Assembly: GCA_963677435.1 (NCBI GenBank)
Contig: OY781945.1
Location: 1,728,001-1,792,000 of the forward strand
Length of the DNA stretch: 64,000 nucleotides
From: an uncultured Aliarcobacter sp.
GTDB lineage: Bacteria > Campylobacterota > Campylobacteria > Campylobacterales > Arcobacteraceae
Direction: 5' to 3'
The position numbers and the translations under genes were made by a program. Under the pieces are notes generated by a model. The model did no database searches, was not told the origin of the DNA, and saw only the letters and a list, made by a program, of their open reading frames with translations. Of this stretch, positions 32,261 through 43,044 are shown one piece after another. How positions within the stretch are numbered: the stretch's first letter is position 1; each line of letters begins with the position of its first letter.

Positions 32261-32277
32261 AAAATCTATTTTTCTCT
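32249..32277. terminator. Bidirectional terminator-like inverted repeat
   Basis: AGAGAAAAATAGA-AAA-TCTATTTTTCTCT between convergent genes. Confidence 0.6.
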
Positions 32278-33569
32278 TATTTTAATTCCTCAGTAATTTT
32301 TTTAACTATTTTATAAACATTTTCTACTGATTTTATAGAAACTTGCTCTTTTCGTGAGTGAGGGAAATTAATTGTAGGTCCAATTGAAGCTACTTTTATT
32401 AAAGGATATTTGTCTTTAAAAATTGCACATTCTAGTCCTGCATGGATTGCTTCTAGGGAAGCTTTTTGATTAAACTCTTTATAGATTTCTAAAACTTTTG
32501 ATGTGAATTCATTAATATCTGGTTTCCATGCTGGATATTTACCATTTGTTGTAACTTCAAAATTATAATCTTTTAGTATTTGAATCGTTTCATCTTTTAG
32601 ACTTCTCAGGTCATCATTATCCATAGAACGGCCACTTAGTTCTATTTTTATTTCATCAACTCCTGTTTTTATGATTGCTAGATTTATTGAAGTTTGAACA
32701 ACATTTAACTCTTCATTCATAGCTCTTACACCATTTTGAAAATTATAAATAAAATCGATGATTTTATCATCATAGATATTTAAATGTTCAGATTTTGCTG
32801 CTACCTTTTCTATTTTCATATTTTCATGACTTGCTCTTGGTGTAACTGCACTTGCAATTATTGCTTTTACATTAACTGGAATTGAATTAATTCTTTCACC
32901 GCCATTTATATCAAGAAGTTTTCCATTACATTCTTTTATTGTTTTTGCAATTAGTTTTATACCATTTGGAATGTTTTTATCAATATCAACACCACTGTGT
33001 CCACCTTGAAGTTTTCCTATTGTTATTTCGTATAAATCTAGATTATCAGTATTTGGAACTATTTTTTTATTTGAATTTGTTCCAAAAATATCAACTCCAC
33101 CAGCACAACCGATACAAATTTCGCCTTCTTCTTCACTATCAAGATTTAACATATATGAAGCATTTAAAGGTAAGGCTAAATTATTTGCTCCAATTAATCC
33201 AATCTCTTCATCACTTGTAAATAAAAATTCACCATCATAACCCTCAGACATTAAAGCAATCATATATGAACATCCAATTCCATTATCACTTCCTAAAGTT
33301 GAATCCTCAGCACTTAAAATATCGCCATTTTGAACAATTTTAGGAACACAATTATCACTTAAACAAACAATATCATAGTGAGATTGAAAAGCTAGTTTTG
33401 CAGTTGAATTCTCTTTTTTACATAAAATATTATTTGTTTCATCAACTAAACATAAATAGCCAAACTGTTTTGATATATCTTTCATATAGTTTATAAATGG
33501 TTCATGAGTTCCTGAACATCTAGGTATTGCTGTTATTGTTTTAAAAATTTCTATTATATTTGTATTCAT
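32277..33569 (-). CDS. pepD: M20C aminoacyl-histidine dipeptidase
   Basis: IPRCS, QSHYDIV, TLGSDNGIG, DEEIGLIGA and IHAGLEC motifs. Confidence 0.88.
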   Translation of the reverse strand: MNTNIIEIFKTITAIPRCSGTHEPFINYMKDISKQFGYLCLVDETNNILCKKENSTAKLAFQSHYDIVCLSDNCVPKIVQNGDILSAEDSTLGSDNGIGCSYMIALMSEGYDGEFLFTSDEEIGLIGANNLALPLNASYMLNLDSEEEGEICIGCAGGVDIFGTNSNKKIVPNTDNLDLYEITIGKLQGGHSGVDIDKNIPNGIKLIAKTIKECNGKLLDINGGERINSIPVNVKAIIASAVTPRASHENMKIEKVAAKSEHLNIYDDKIIDFIYNFQNGVRAMNEELNVVQTSINLAIIKTGVDEIKIELSGRSMDNDDLRSLKDETIQILKDYNFEVTTNGKYPAWKPDINEFTSKVLEIYKEFNQKASLEAIHAGLECAIFKDKYPLIKVASIGPTINFPHSRKEQVSIKSVENVYKIVKKITEELK

Positions 33570-33615
33570 TAAATTCCTTTAAATTTTTGTATTATAGCTA
33601 AAATTATTTCTCGTT

Positions 33616-36423
33616 TTAAATTGGTAAACAAATTTCAAAAGTAGCACCTTTTCTATTATTCTTAATTGTTAAATTTCCTTTACAATGCTCATTAATAATT
33701 GTTTTACTCATGTAAAGACCAATACCTGTACCTTCTTTTGCTTTTTTTGTAGAAAAATAAGGGTCAAATATTTTGCTTATAATATCTGATGAAATACCTC
33801 CACCATTATCTTTAATTTGTATAATCGCAAAATCTTTTTTTCTAAAAGTATTAATTCTTATTACTTTATTTTCTATGTTGTTTTCTATTAAAATATCTTC
33901 TGCATTTTTTAAAATTATTAATACAACTTGTTGAATTTCACTTGTATAAGAGTAAATGGTGTCATTATAACAATAGTTCTTTATTAATTTTATATTTTTT
34001 GATTCAAAAGATATATTTATAATAGCAATTGATTTATCAATTATTTCCTCAAGATTAGCGTTTGTTTTGATTTTATCTGGTCTAAAAAAGTTTCTAAAAT
34101 CATCAATTGTATGGGAAAGATGTTGGGAATAATTTATAATTAATTCTAACTCTTCTTCTAAATGTGAGGGTTCTATTTTTTCATCAATTATATTTTTTAG
34201 TAATAAATTATTTGTTGTTGCACTTATCGCTGTCAATGGTTGTCTCCACTGATGGGCAATCATTGAAAGCATTTCACCCATTTGTGCAAGCCTTGATTGT
34301 TGGATTAACTGTTTTGTTTTTTCTTGATTCTTTTTAATCTCTTCATTGATTTTTTCTTCTAAGTTTTGAGTTAAAATTTCAAGTTTTTGTTCTAACTCTT
34401 TTCTTTTATTTATATCTCGAATTACAGCATGAATTACTGAATTATTATCAATTTCAATTGATGTTAATACAACTTCAATCCATAAATGCTCATTTTGTTT
34501 ATTACAATGAACCCATTCAAAGCTACTAATCCCTTCAGTTAATGCTTCATCAACTTTATTTATAGATTTGATAGTTGAACTTTCATTATTAGGTTGAAAT
34601 TCTGGAGAAATATCACAAAAGAATTTTCCAATTAATTCATTCCTTGGATATTGTAATATTTTTATACTAGCTTCATTGCAATCAACAATTTTCTTCTCTT
34701 TTATTAATAAAACACCATCAGCTGACTTACTAAAGAGTTTCTCAAAAAGTTCTTTTTGTTTAGCAATTAATTTATTCTTATTTTCAATTTCATTATTTGC
34801 ATTTTTTAATTTTTTATTGTGTTTATTTAAAATTATTTGTCTATAAGCAACAATACATAAAATGATAAAAACAAAAGACAATATTTTCCAAATAGTACTA
34901 TAATCAAAGGGCTCTTTTATTGATAAATTAGTCCATTTATTGAAAATAACACTGTGCTCATTTGAATCAATTTCATGGATAGTTTTATTTAATATATCCA
35001 ATAAAGTTTGATTATTTTTCTCTACAGCAATATTTATTTCAAATAACATATCTGTATATCTTGAAATAAATATATTATTTAAAGCATACCTCGACATATA
35101 ATAAGCAATAATTGGAAGAGGTTCTATGGCAAAATAGACTTTATTACTATTAACAGCTTCTAATGTCTCATAGTTATTATTTGTTTCATAGATATTTATA
35201 TTAGGATAGGTATTTTTAATTTTGTCAGTATAAACACAATTTTTTCTTCTAGCCATTCTTTTATCAATAATCTCGTCCATATCTTGAATTACTGGTTTCC
35301 CACTTTGGGTAATTATTGCTAATTTATAACTAAGAAGAGGTTTAGTAAAATTTACAAAATCTGTTAAATTATCTTTTTTTGAGATAGTTGGTGTTATATC
35401 ACAAGTACCATTTTGTAAATAAGTAATAAGATCTTCATTATTTAATACATCAATATATTGTATGTCAACATCTAATTTTTTTGATATTAAAGTAAATAAA
35501 TCAATGTTTATACCTTGAAGTTTATCATCTTCTTTAAATTGAATAGGTACTAAATCTAGAAAGTTACATATTTTAATAGTTGATTTTGCTTTTAGATAAT
35601 CTTTCTCTAAACTACTCAAAAACTTCTTTTTGTCGATTATATCTTCTGAACTAAACCATTTTTTTTTCAGATTTAGTAACTCTTCATCAGAAATTGAGGC
35701 TTGTGCTTTATCTAAAATAGAATTTAATAAAGGTTTATTTTTAGATGTTGCAATACTTATATGACTTACCAATCTATCATCATTAACATAGTTAGTTGGT
35801 ACAACTTGGGAAATATTTTTTGTTGAAATTATATAATCAAGAACATTTTTTTTATCTATAGTTGCATCTGCTTTTCCAAGAGATAATAATCTTAATGCTT
35901 CAACAGAATCTTTTACAAGTATTTGGTGTATTTTTGGATAATTCTTTTCTATTAGTTGTTGAGCAAAAAAACCTTTTGGCATTACAATAGTTTTGCCTTC
36001 TAATTTTTCTAAAGAATCTAAATTTTCATTTCCTTTTTTTACATATATTGCATTTGCAGCTGAATGAAAAACTTTTGTAAAATTAAAAAACTTTGCTCTT
36101 TCATCATTTTTAGCAATATTTATTATTGCATCTAGTTCATCTTTTTTTAACATTTCTAAAAATTCATTCCAAGATGGTCCTGAAATATATTTAACTTGAA
36201 TATTTAGTTTCTCACTAATCAAATTCATATAATCTATTATAAAACCTTTGGGTGTACCATTTTCATTAAAATTATATGGTGGCCAATATTGTTCATTATG
36301 TAATCGAAGAGGCTGGTTGTTATGTAAAAAAGTGAGTTCTTCTTTTGTTAGATTAATGCTAGATTCTTCTGCTTTTAAAAAATTTAAAGATAGAAAAATA
36401 AAACAAAGAAATAATAATTTCAT
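33616..36423 (-). CDS. Sensor histidine kinase with two periplasmic SBP domains and PAS
   Basis: WPPYNF..., IAHQWRQPL H-box, DNGGG and GTGIGL motifs. Confidence 0.92.
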   Translation of the reverse strand: MKLLFLCFIFLSLNFLKAEESSINLTKEELTFLHNNQPLRLHNEQYWPPYNFNENGTPKGFIIDYMNLISEKLNIQVKYISGPSWNEFLEMLKKDELDAIINIAKNDERAKFFNFTKVFHSAANAIYVKKGNENLDSLEKLEGKTIVMPKGFFAQQLIEKNYPKIHQILVKDSVEALRLLSLGKADATIDKKNVLDYIISTKNISQVVPTNYVNDDRLVSHISIATSKNKPLLNSILDKAQASISDEELLNLKKKWFSSEDIIDKKKFLSSLEKDYLKAKSTIKICNFLDLVPIQFKEDDKLQGINIDLFTLISKKLDVDIQYIDVLNNEDLITYLQNGTCDITPTISKKDNLTDFVNFTKPLLSYKLAIITQSGKPVIQDMDEIIDKRMARRKNCVYTDKIKNTYPNINIYETNNNYETLEAVNSNKVYFAIEPLPIIAYYMSRYALNNIFISRYTDMLFEINIAVEKNNQTLLDILNKTIHEIDSNEHSVIFNKWTNLSIKEPFDYSTIWKILSFVFIILCIVAYRQIILNKHNKKLKNANNEIENKNKLIAKQKELFEKLFSKSADGVLLIKEKKIVDCNEASIKILQYPRNELIGKFFCDISPEFQPNNESSTIKSINKVDEALTEGISSFEWVHCNKQNEHLWIEVVLTSIEIDNNSVIHAVIRDINKRKELEQKLEILTQNLEEKINEEIKKNQEKTKQLIQQSRLAQMGEMLSMIAHQWRQPLTAISATTNNLLLKNIIDEKIEPSHLEEELELIINYSQHLSHTIDDFRNFFRPDKIKTNANLEEIIDKSIAIINISFESKNIKLIKNYCYNDTIYSYTSEIQQVVLIILKNAEDILIENNIENKVIRINTFRKKDFAIIQIKDNGGGISSDIISKIFDPYFSTKKAKEGTGIGLYMSKTIINEHCKGNLTIKNNRKGATFEICLPI

Positions 36424-37142
36424 ATTTCTTGCTTATATTTTAAAGAGTATCCATGGGAATAAATAGTTTCAAATAAATCACAATCTAATTTCACTCTAAG
36501 TCTTGACATTAAATTTCTAATTTTTTTCATATCATTTTCATAAGAGTTAAAGATAAATGTTTCTATCTCTTTATAATCTTTAACTAAACTATTATTATTT
36601 ATAAATAATTCAAAAAGACGGGTTTCATTTTTAGAAAGTTTGATTTGTTCATTGTTTTTGAATAATTGATTTATGTTTTTGTTCCAAAGGAAATTATATT
36701 CAAGTTCTATATTCTCTTTTAGTAAGTTTTCAAAATCATATTTTTCAATAATTTTAATCAGTGTCTCACTTATTTGTTTTAAAGTATAAGGTTTAAGAAT
36801 GTAGCCATCAATTCCTGCATTTATTGTTCTTATCAAAAAATCTGTATTGTCATGTGCTGATAAAACTATTATAGGAATTTTTTTATTAGTTTTTCTTACA
36901 TATTCAATTAAACATAATCCATCAACAACTGGCATTTTTATATCAGTTATGATTAAATGATAAGAATTGTCTTTTGAAAAAAGTTCTAAACCTATTTTGC
37001 CATTATTTGCTATACAAATATTTTTGAAAAAAGATTTCAACATTTTCACAGTTTGAGTTTGAACTTCTATATTATCTTCTACATACAAAACATTTAAATT
37101 TTTAGTATGTTTAATAAGGTCTCGCAATTTATCAACTTGCAT
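36420..37142 (-). CDS. OmpR-type response regulator
   Basis: VEDN, TDIKMP, KP and winged-helix C-terminus; overlaps the kinase start. Confidence 0.92.
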   Translation of the reverse strand: MQVDKLRDLIKHTKNLNVLYVEDNIEVQTQTVKMLKSFFKNICIANNGKIGLELFSKDNSYHLIITDIKMPVVDGLCLIEYVRKTNKKIPIIVLSAHDNTDFLIRTINAGIDGYILKPYTLKQISETLIKIIEKYDFENLLKENIELEYNFLWNKNINQLFKNNEQIKLSKNETRLFELFINNNSLVKDYKEIETFIFNSYENDMKKIRNLMSRLRVKLDCDLFETIYSHGYSLKYKQEI

Positions 37143-37228
37143 AAATTTCCTAGAATATTTATTAACTATTTGTTAATTATACATTAATAAAAGTTTATAG
37201 GAATTTAAATTTGATTAAAAAAAGTAAA

Positions 37229-37260
37229 TTTAGGGGAACTAAATATTTAGTTCCCTTAAA
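37229..37260 (-). terminator. Intrinsic terminator after ccsBA
   Basis: TTTAGGGGAACTAAATATTTAGTTCCCTTAAA hairpin. Confidence 0.7.
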
Positions 37261-37263
37261 TTT

Positions 37264-40074
37264 TTAGATAGCATCTTTCATATTTCTATTTTTAAATGCA
37301 AGAGCTATTGTAACAATAACTAGTGTTATTACATAATAAACCCACATAGGAATTGGAACAGGATCACCTGTTGCATACGAGTGCATTCCTGATAGGTAGA
37401 AGTTTACTCCAAAATAAGTCATTAGTATTGAAGAGAAAGCTAATACTGAAGCTGTAGCTAATACAAATGGAGTTGATAATGGTTTTACGAATCTTAAGTG
37501 TAAAACAATTGCATAAACTACAATTGATACATAAGCCCAAGTCTCTTTTGGATCCCATCCCCAGTATCTTCCCCATGATTCATTTGCCCAAACTCCACCA
37601 AGGAAATTTCCAATAGTAACAGCAGATAATCCAATAATTAATGAAATTTCAGTAATAGCTACAACTGTTTTTATTGTCTCATCAATATGTGGTCTATTTT
37701 TTCTAAAGATAAACATAATTAAAGTCATAAATCCTAAAATTGCTGCAAGTCCAAAGAATCCATATGATGCTGTAAGAATTGAAACATGGATTGTTAACCA
37801 GTATGATTTTAATACTGGAACTAGATTTGTAATTTGTGGATCAATTCCTGTTAAGTGAGCTGTAAACATAAAAATACTTGCAACAATAACAGCAGCACTT
37901 AAAGCAAGAAGTGATTTTCTAAAGAAAATAACACCTGCAAATACAGCTGACCAAGAAATGTATAATAATGATTCATAAGTATCAGACCATGGAGCATGAC
38001 CTGAAATAAACCATCTATATCCCATCCCAAAAGTATGAATTGCAAATAACAGAGCTAATATTGTAAAAAATATTGTAGTCGTTTTTTTAGGTTTAATTTT
38101 TGGATTAAATACTACAACAAATGCAACAATTAACATAACTAAACCAAGGAATAAATAAGCTAATGTAACTTTGAAAAAGATATCTAATTTATTAAATATA
38201 ATTTCATTATTGATTTTTGTTTTTGAAGGAATAATTTCACTTCCTGCTTTTTCTTGATAAATAGTCATCATAGATAAATATTTATTTGCTTCAGTCCAGT
38301 TATAATCAACAATAGAATTTATAAATCCTCTTGTCATACTTTCAACTGCTGCTTGATTTTGTCCTTTGAAAATTTGCATAGCATCAAGTGGGTTATACCA
38401 TTTGTTGTTATCTTTATTATCTGCAGCATTTTCTTTTACTCTTGGATAGATATTAAATAAACTTCCGTTAAATACAGAATAAATTATATTTAATCTTTCA
38501 TCTAATTGAATAATATCTTTTTCATATGTTCCTCTATCCATAGGTTTTACTTGTAGAGCAACTTCTGCTTCACCTGCAAGTAAATATTTACCATCTTTAA
38601 ATACTTCTGAAAATGCAATATATTTTTCATTTTCATCAACACCTAAGAATTTTTTTAATTTAGGAGTTTTAATTTTTATTACTTTTAAATCACTCCAAAT
38701 ATCAGGTCTTGTTAACATTCCTAAAACTACTTGATCAGGATTCATACCAAATAAAGTTGCTTTTCCACTTAGTTTTTGAATGATTTCTAAATCTAAAGAA
38801 GATAATGGTTTCATTCTTCCACCACTACTTTGGGTTACTAGTTTTGCAAAATCTTCAGATGTTGCTTTTGATTCGTCTTTAAATTTATTTAAATAATCTA
38901 ATATTTGAGTAGATTTTTGAGCTACATCATTAATATTAGATGTATTAGCAGCTTCTTCATTTGCATAAAGTGAATTTGCTGAAAACATAAATGTACAGGC
39001 AATAACAAGTGAAGCTATATTTCTTGAACTTACAAATTTTGTTAATTTCCAGAATCTTGATTTTTTATCAAAGAAATTTAATAATAAACCAAGTGTTAAT
39101 AAAAAGTATCCTAAATAAGTTGGCCATTTTCCTGGGTCATTATTTACAGATAATACAGTTCCTGTTTCATCAGGGAAATAAGAACTTTGGAAAAATAAAA
39201 AATTACCTTCATGCATAGTTCTATTCATAAAAATTCTATAATTATAGCTTTCTTTATCTTCTTTGATAACAGTAACTTCTGATGCATAAGAAGAAGGAGA
39301 CATGCTTCCTGGGTATCTATCTAGTTGGAAGTCATTTAATTTAATAGAGAAAGGAATATTTACAATTTTTGAACCATATTCAAGTTTAATTTTTGTATCA
39401 CCAAAAACAAGTTCTCTTGGAACACCTTCTTGTGCTCTTTTCCCTGGTAATCTAATTGTTTGAGTCTCTCCATTGAATGTAACTTCAACAGTTAAAATAC
39501 CCATTTCAGCTTTACCTTTTTTACTTACTGTATAGTCAACATATTTAATATTTAAATCTTTTTCATTGTATTTCATACTGTAGTCAAATTTGTTTAATTT
39601 TTGTGATATATATTCTATGATACCAGACTTATCATTGGCATCCATACCTTTTCTTAGTGTAGAGGCAGCAAGTTCTACTTGATACTCTTTATGAAAGGAA
39701 TCATTAATATCAATTTGTAAATATGGCTCTAAAGAAGACATTTGATTTACTGTTTTACCCTCAGGTATTTGCATAATACCTTCATAACCAGCGTATCTAG
39801 TTATTCCTGCACCAATTAATATAATAACAAATGATGTATGAAAAATAAATCTTGGTTTGTTTTTCCACATTTTAAACTTGAAAATAATACCTGTTAAATT
39901 TATTGTAGTTAAAACAAGTACTGTTTCATACCAAATATTGTTATAAACTAAAACTCTAGCTGTTGATGTACCAAAATCATTTTCTATAAAGGTAGCATAT
40001 CCAGCTCCCACTGCTAATAAAGCAAGTAAAATTAATGTTGTCTTAAAAGAGAATAAGACATTTGAAAAGTTCAA
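37264..40074 (-). CDS. ccsBA: Fused system II cytochrome c synthase CcsBA
   Basis: YPGS.SPSSYAS, HAPWS and WANESWGRYWGWDPKETW (WWD). Likely TTG start at 40074 after AAAGGA. Confidence 0.93.
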   Translation of the reverse strand: MNFSNVLFSFKTTLILLALLAVGAGYATFIENDFGTSTARVLVYNNIWYETVLVLTTINLTGIIFKFKMWKNKPRFIFHTSFVIILIGAGITRYAGYEGIMQIPEGKTVNQMSSLEPYLQIDINDSFHKEYQVELAASTLRKGMDANDKSGIIEYISQKLNKFDYSMKYNEKDLNIKYVDYTVSKKGKAEMGILTVEVTFNGETQTIRLPGKRAQEGVPRELVFGDTKIKLEYGSKIVNIPFSIKLNDFQLDRYPGSMSPSSYASEVTVIKEDKESYNYRIFMNRTMHEGNFLFFQSSYFPDETGTVLSVNNDPGKWPTYLGYFLLTLGLLLNFFDKKSRFWKLTKFVSSRNIASLVIACTFMFSANSLYANEEAANTSNINDVAQKSTQILDYLNKFKDESKATSEDFAKLVTQSSGGRMKPLSSLDLEIIQKLSGKATLFGMNPDQVVLGMLTRPDIWSDLKVIKIKTPKLKKFLGVDENEKYIAFSEVFKDGKYLLAGEAEVALQVKPMDRGTYEKDIIQLDERLNIIYSVFNGSLFNIYPRVKENAADNKDNNKWYNPLDAMQIFKGQNQAAVESMTRGFINSIVDYNWTEANKYLSMMTIYQEKAGSEIIPSKTKINNEIIFNKLDIFFKVTLAYLFLGLVMLIVAFVVVFNPKIKPKKTTTIFFTILALLFAIHTFGMGYRWFISGHAPWSDTYESLLYISWSAVFAGVIFFRKSLLALSAAVIVASIFMFTAHLTGIDPQITNLVPVLKSYWLTIHVSILTASYGFFGLAAILGFMTLIMFIFRKNRPHIDETIKTVVAITEISLIIGLSAVTIGNFLGGVWANESWGRYWGWDPKETWAYVSIVVYAIVLHLRFVKPLSTPFVLATASVLAFSSILMTYFGVNFYLSGMHSYATGDPVPIPMWVYYVITLVIVTIALAFKNRNMKDAI

Positions 40075-40209
40075 TAAATATCCTTTAATTTTTTTTATTA
40101 AGACAATTATATTCATAAGAAGTTAATCCTGAGTTAATGAATGGTTGTTTTTTTGTTAATTTCTGTTAATTTAAGATGGAATTTTGACTTAAATATCTAT
40201 AATTGCAAC

Positions 40210-41124
40210 ATGAATTTAGAAATATTACAAAACAAAAAAAGCGAATGCAGAACTTGGAAAAATGTTGAACCTTGGTATTTACAATTACAAGCAGCTTGTA
40301 AAATAGAAAAAGAAAATTTATCTATTGATTATGGCGATTGGTTTAGTGTAGGGATTAAAGAAGATTTAACACAAGAAGAACAAGAGATTATATTACAAAC
40401 AGCAAAGTCATTAATACCTTGGCGAAAAGGTCCTTTTAAAATCTTTGATTTAGAAATAGATAGTGAATGGCAAAGCAATATCAAATATAATTTAATTAGA
40501 CCTTATTTTGATTTAAAAGATAAAGTTGTTGCAGATATTGGCTGTAATAATGGATATTATATGTTTAGAATGCTTGAGGATAAACCAAAAAGGTTAGTTG
40601 GATTTGATCCATCTCCTTTGACTTTACATCAATTTGAGTTTATAAATCATTTTGTAAAATCAGACATTGTTTATGAAATGTTGGGAGTTGAGCATTTAGA
40701 ATATTATAATCATAAATTTGATTTTATTTTTATGCTTGGAGTTTTATATCATAGACCTGATCCTGTTGGAACTTTAAAATCATTAGCTCGAGGATTAAAT
40801 AGTAAAGGTGAAATTTTAATAGATACTTTTATGATAGATGGAGATGAAGAGTTATGTTTAACTCCAAATAAAAGATATTCAAAAATCCCAAACATCTATT
40901 TTATTCCAACAATACCAGCACTTAAAAATTGGCTTGAAAGAGCAGGGTTTGAAAATATTGAAGTTCTTGCAACAACAGTTACAACATCAGAAGAACAAAG
41001 AAAAACTCCTTGGTCATTTGATCAAAGTTTGGAAGATTTTTTAGATGAAAATGACAAAACAAAAACAGTAGAGGGGTATCCAGCACCCAAAAGAGTTTAT
41101 GTAAAAGCTAGAAAAGTTTTATAA
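40210..41124 (+). CDS. cmoB: tRNA U34 carboxymethyltransferase
   Basis: PWRKGPF, IDSEW, DIGCNNGY, GVLYHR and EGYPAPKR motifs. TATAAT-N6-ATG at 40210 suggests a leaderless start. Confidence 0.93.
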   Translation: MNLEILQNKKSECRTWKNVEPWYLQLQAACKIEKENLSIDYGDWFSVGIKEDLTQEEQEIILQTAKSLIPWRKGPFKIFDLEIDSEWQSNIKYNLIRPYFDLKDKVVADIGCNNGYYMFRMLEDKPKRLVGFDPSPLTLHQFEFINHFVKSDIVYEMLGVEHLEYYNHKFDFIFMLGVLYHRPDPVGTLKSLARGLNSKGEILIDTFMIDGDEELCLTPNKRYSKIPNIYFIPTIPALKNWLERAGFENIEVLATTVTTSEEQRKTPWSFDQSLEDFLDENDKTKTVEGYPAPKRVYVKARKVL

Positions 41125-41142
41125 AATTAAAGATACTAGAGA

Positions 41143-42117
41143 TTAAAATAAATCAATAGTATCTTCAGCACTTAGGTCACTAAACTTAAATAGCTGACTT
41201 CTTCCTTTATTTTTTGCTTCATAAAGTGCAATATCCGCATTTTTAATACACTCTGTTATTGTAGTATCTGAATTTAATTTATAAGCTTCAAATCCAATAC
41301 AGATGGTTTTTTTCAAAATATGATTTTTCTCTTCATTTATTAAAATATTAACCTCTGCAAAATCAGAAATGATTTTTTTAGCAATCTCTTCTGTTTGATA
41401 TTCACTTGCATTATTTAAAATAGAGACTAAAAATTCATCTCCATTTAATCTTCCAACCATATCAAACTCATTTATATTTGAGTGAATTACTTTTGCAAGT
41501 TCAATTAATACTTTATCAGCAATATCATAATCAAATTCATCAATAACAGCTTTAAAATGATCAATTCCAATCATTAAAAAATAGATTTCATCTCTAGTAT
41601 TATTTGAAAGTCTCAAATGAGTATTTAAATTTTCTATTAAATAATTTCTATTATAAACATTTGTTACAGAATCTAATGATGAAGATTCTATGAAGTTTTT
41701 CTTTAAAATTCCACTTTGAACAATTGGTGAAACTTGAAAAAATGCAGCTTCAATTGTTTCATATTTTGCTTCTAAAATTTTAAAATGAACTTTTGATGTA
41801 GCTCTAAATGAAACAGTAGCATTTAAACTTGTATGAGTATTTATAATAAAAAAATAAGATAAATCATCGTCTAAATAAAACTCTTCGCCTTTTTTTAAAA
41901 TTATTTCTTTATAATTTTTATTTACATCAAACAAAGAAAAAGTAAGATTATCAACTTTAAACTCTTTATACAACCAAGTAAATATATCTTCTGCCATTTG
42001 CCTAATATTAGTAGCATATTGTAACTGTTCATGAAGATTAAATATACTAACTAAAGAATTATAATCGTCTTGATTTGTCGCTGATGATTTGATTAACTCT
42101 AAAATTTTATTTTTCAT
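41143..42117 (-). CDS. Degenerate GGDEF-domain protein (NGDEF)
   Basis: GIDHFKAVIDEFDY, RLNGDEF and ADIALYEAKNKGR motifs. Confidence 0.85.
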   Translation of the reverse strand: MKNKILELIKSSATNQDDYNSLVSIFNLHEQLQYATNIRQMAEDIFTWLYKEFKVDNLTFSLFDVNKNYKEIILKKGEEFYLDDDLSYFFIINTHTSLNATVSFRATSKVHFKILEAKYETIEAAFFQVSPIVQSGILKKNFIESSSLDSVTNVYNRNYLIENLNTHLRLSNNTRDEIYFLMIGIDHFKAVIDEFDYDIADKVLIELAKVIHSNINEFDMVGRLNGDEFLVSILNNASEYQTEEIAKKIISDFAEVNILINEEKNHILKKTICIGFEAYKLNSDTTITECIKNADIALYEAKNKGRSQLFKFSDLSAEDTIDLF

Positions 42118-42126
42118 ATATTACAC

Positions 42127-43029
42127 CTAAAAGAAATCTATTTTATTTGTATCTTCTTCACTAAACATAAAAACTTGACTTCTTCCTCTGTTTCTAGCTT
42201 CATATAAAGCAATATCAGATTTTTTTATTATTTCATCTAATGTTGTTGCATTATCAGGATAAATTGAAACACCACCACATATAGTTTTCATTAGTATCTG
42301 TTTTGTTTGTTCATTTATTAAAACTTCTTTTTTACTGAAGTTTTCAATAAGTTTTTGTGATATCAGTATAGCATTGTTTTCATTAATTATATTCTGCAAT
42401 ATTACTAAAAATTCATCATTAGAAATTTTAATAACTAAATCAGATTCACGAATGCTATCTTTTAAAGTAGTAGCTAGTGCTTTTAAAACTTTGTCTCCAA
42501 CTTCATAATCAAATTCATCAATAACTGCTTTAAATTGGTCAATTCCAATTTTAATAAAGGCAATTTTCTTTTGTTCTCTATTTGAAATACTTAATAAATT
42601 CCCTGCATAATTATCTAAATAACATCGATTATATGAACCTGTTAAATGGTCAATTAAAGACATTTCATTTAGTGTTCTTTCCATGAATTTATTAAATAAT
42701 GATTGAGAGAAAATCAATAAAGACATTTGAATACTATCAAGATGAGTTTTTATTAATTCAAAATTTTCTTCATTTTGTGATAAAAAATGAAATATAATTG
42801 TAGTATCACAATTTTGTTGAAATTCTAAAGTGTTAACTAAATAATCTTCATCTTTTTGCGCACATAAAAATAAATTTTGAATATTATCATTTTTCTTTAT
42901 GTCAATTTGTAAAAAATTTATATTATGATGTAATTTCAAATAATCAAATATATTTAAACAACTCTTATCTAAATCTGTTAATTTTAACTTTTCATTTTCA
43001 TTAATTATTGTTTCACAAGAAAAATTCAT
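42127..43029 (-). CDS. Degenerate GGDEF-domain protein (SNDEF)
   Basis: GIDQFKAVIDEFDY, KISNDEF and SDIALYEARNRGR motifs. Confidence 0.85.
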   Translation of the reverse strand: MNFSCETIINENEKLKLTDLDKSCLNIFDYLKLHHNINFLQIDIKKNDNIQNLFLCAQKDEDYLVNTLEFQQNCDTTIIFHFLSQNEENFELIKTHLDSIQMSLLIFSQSLFNKFMERTLNEMSLIDHLTGSYNRCYLDNYAGNLLSISNREQKKIAFIKIGIDQFKAVIDEFDYEVGDKVLKALATTLKDSIRESDLVIKISNDEFLVILQNIINENNAILISQKLIENFSKKEVLINEQTKQILMKTICGGVSIYPDNATTLDEIIKKSDIALYEARNRGRSQVFMFSEEDTNKIDFF

Positions 43030-43044
43030 GAACTAAGGCCTTTA

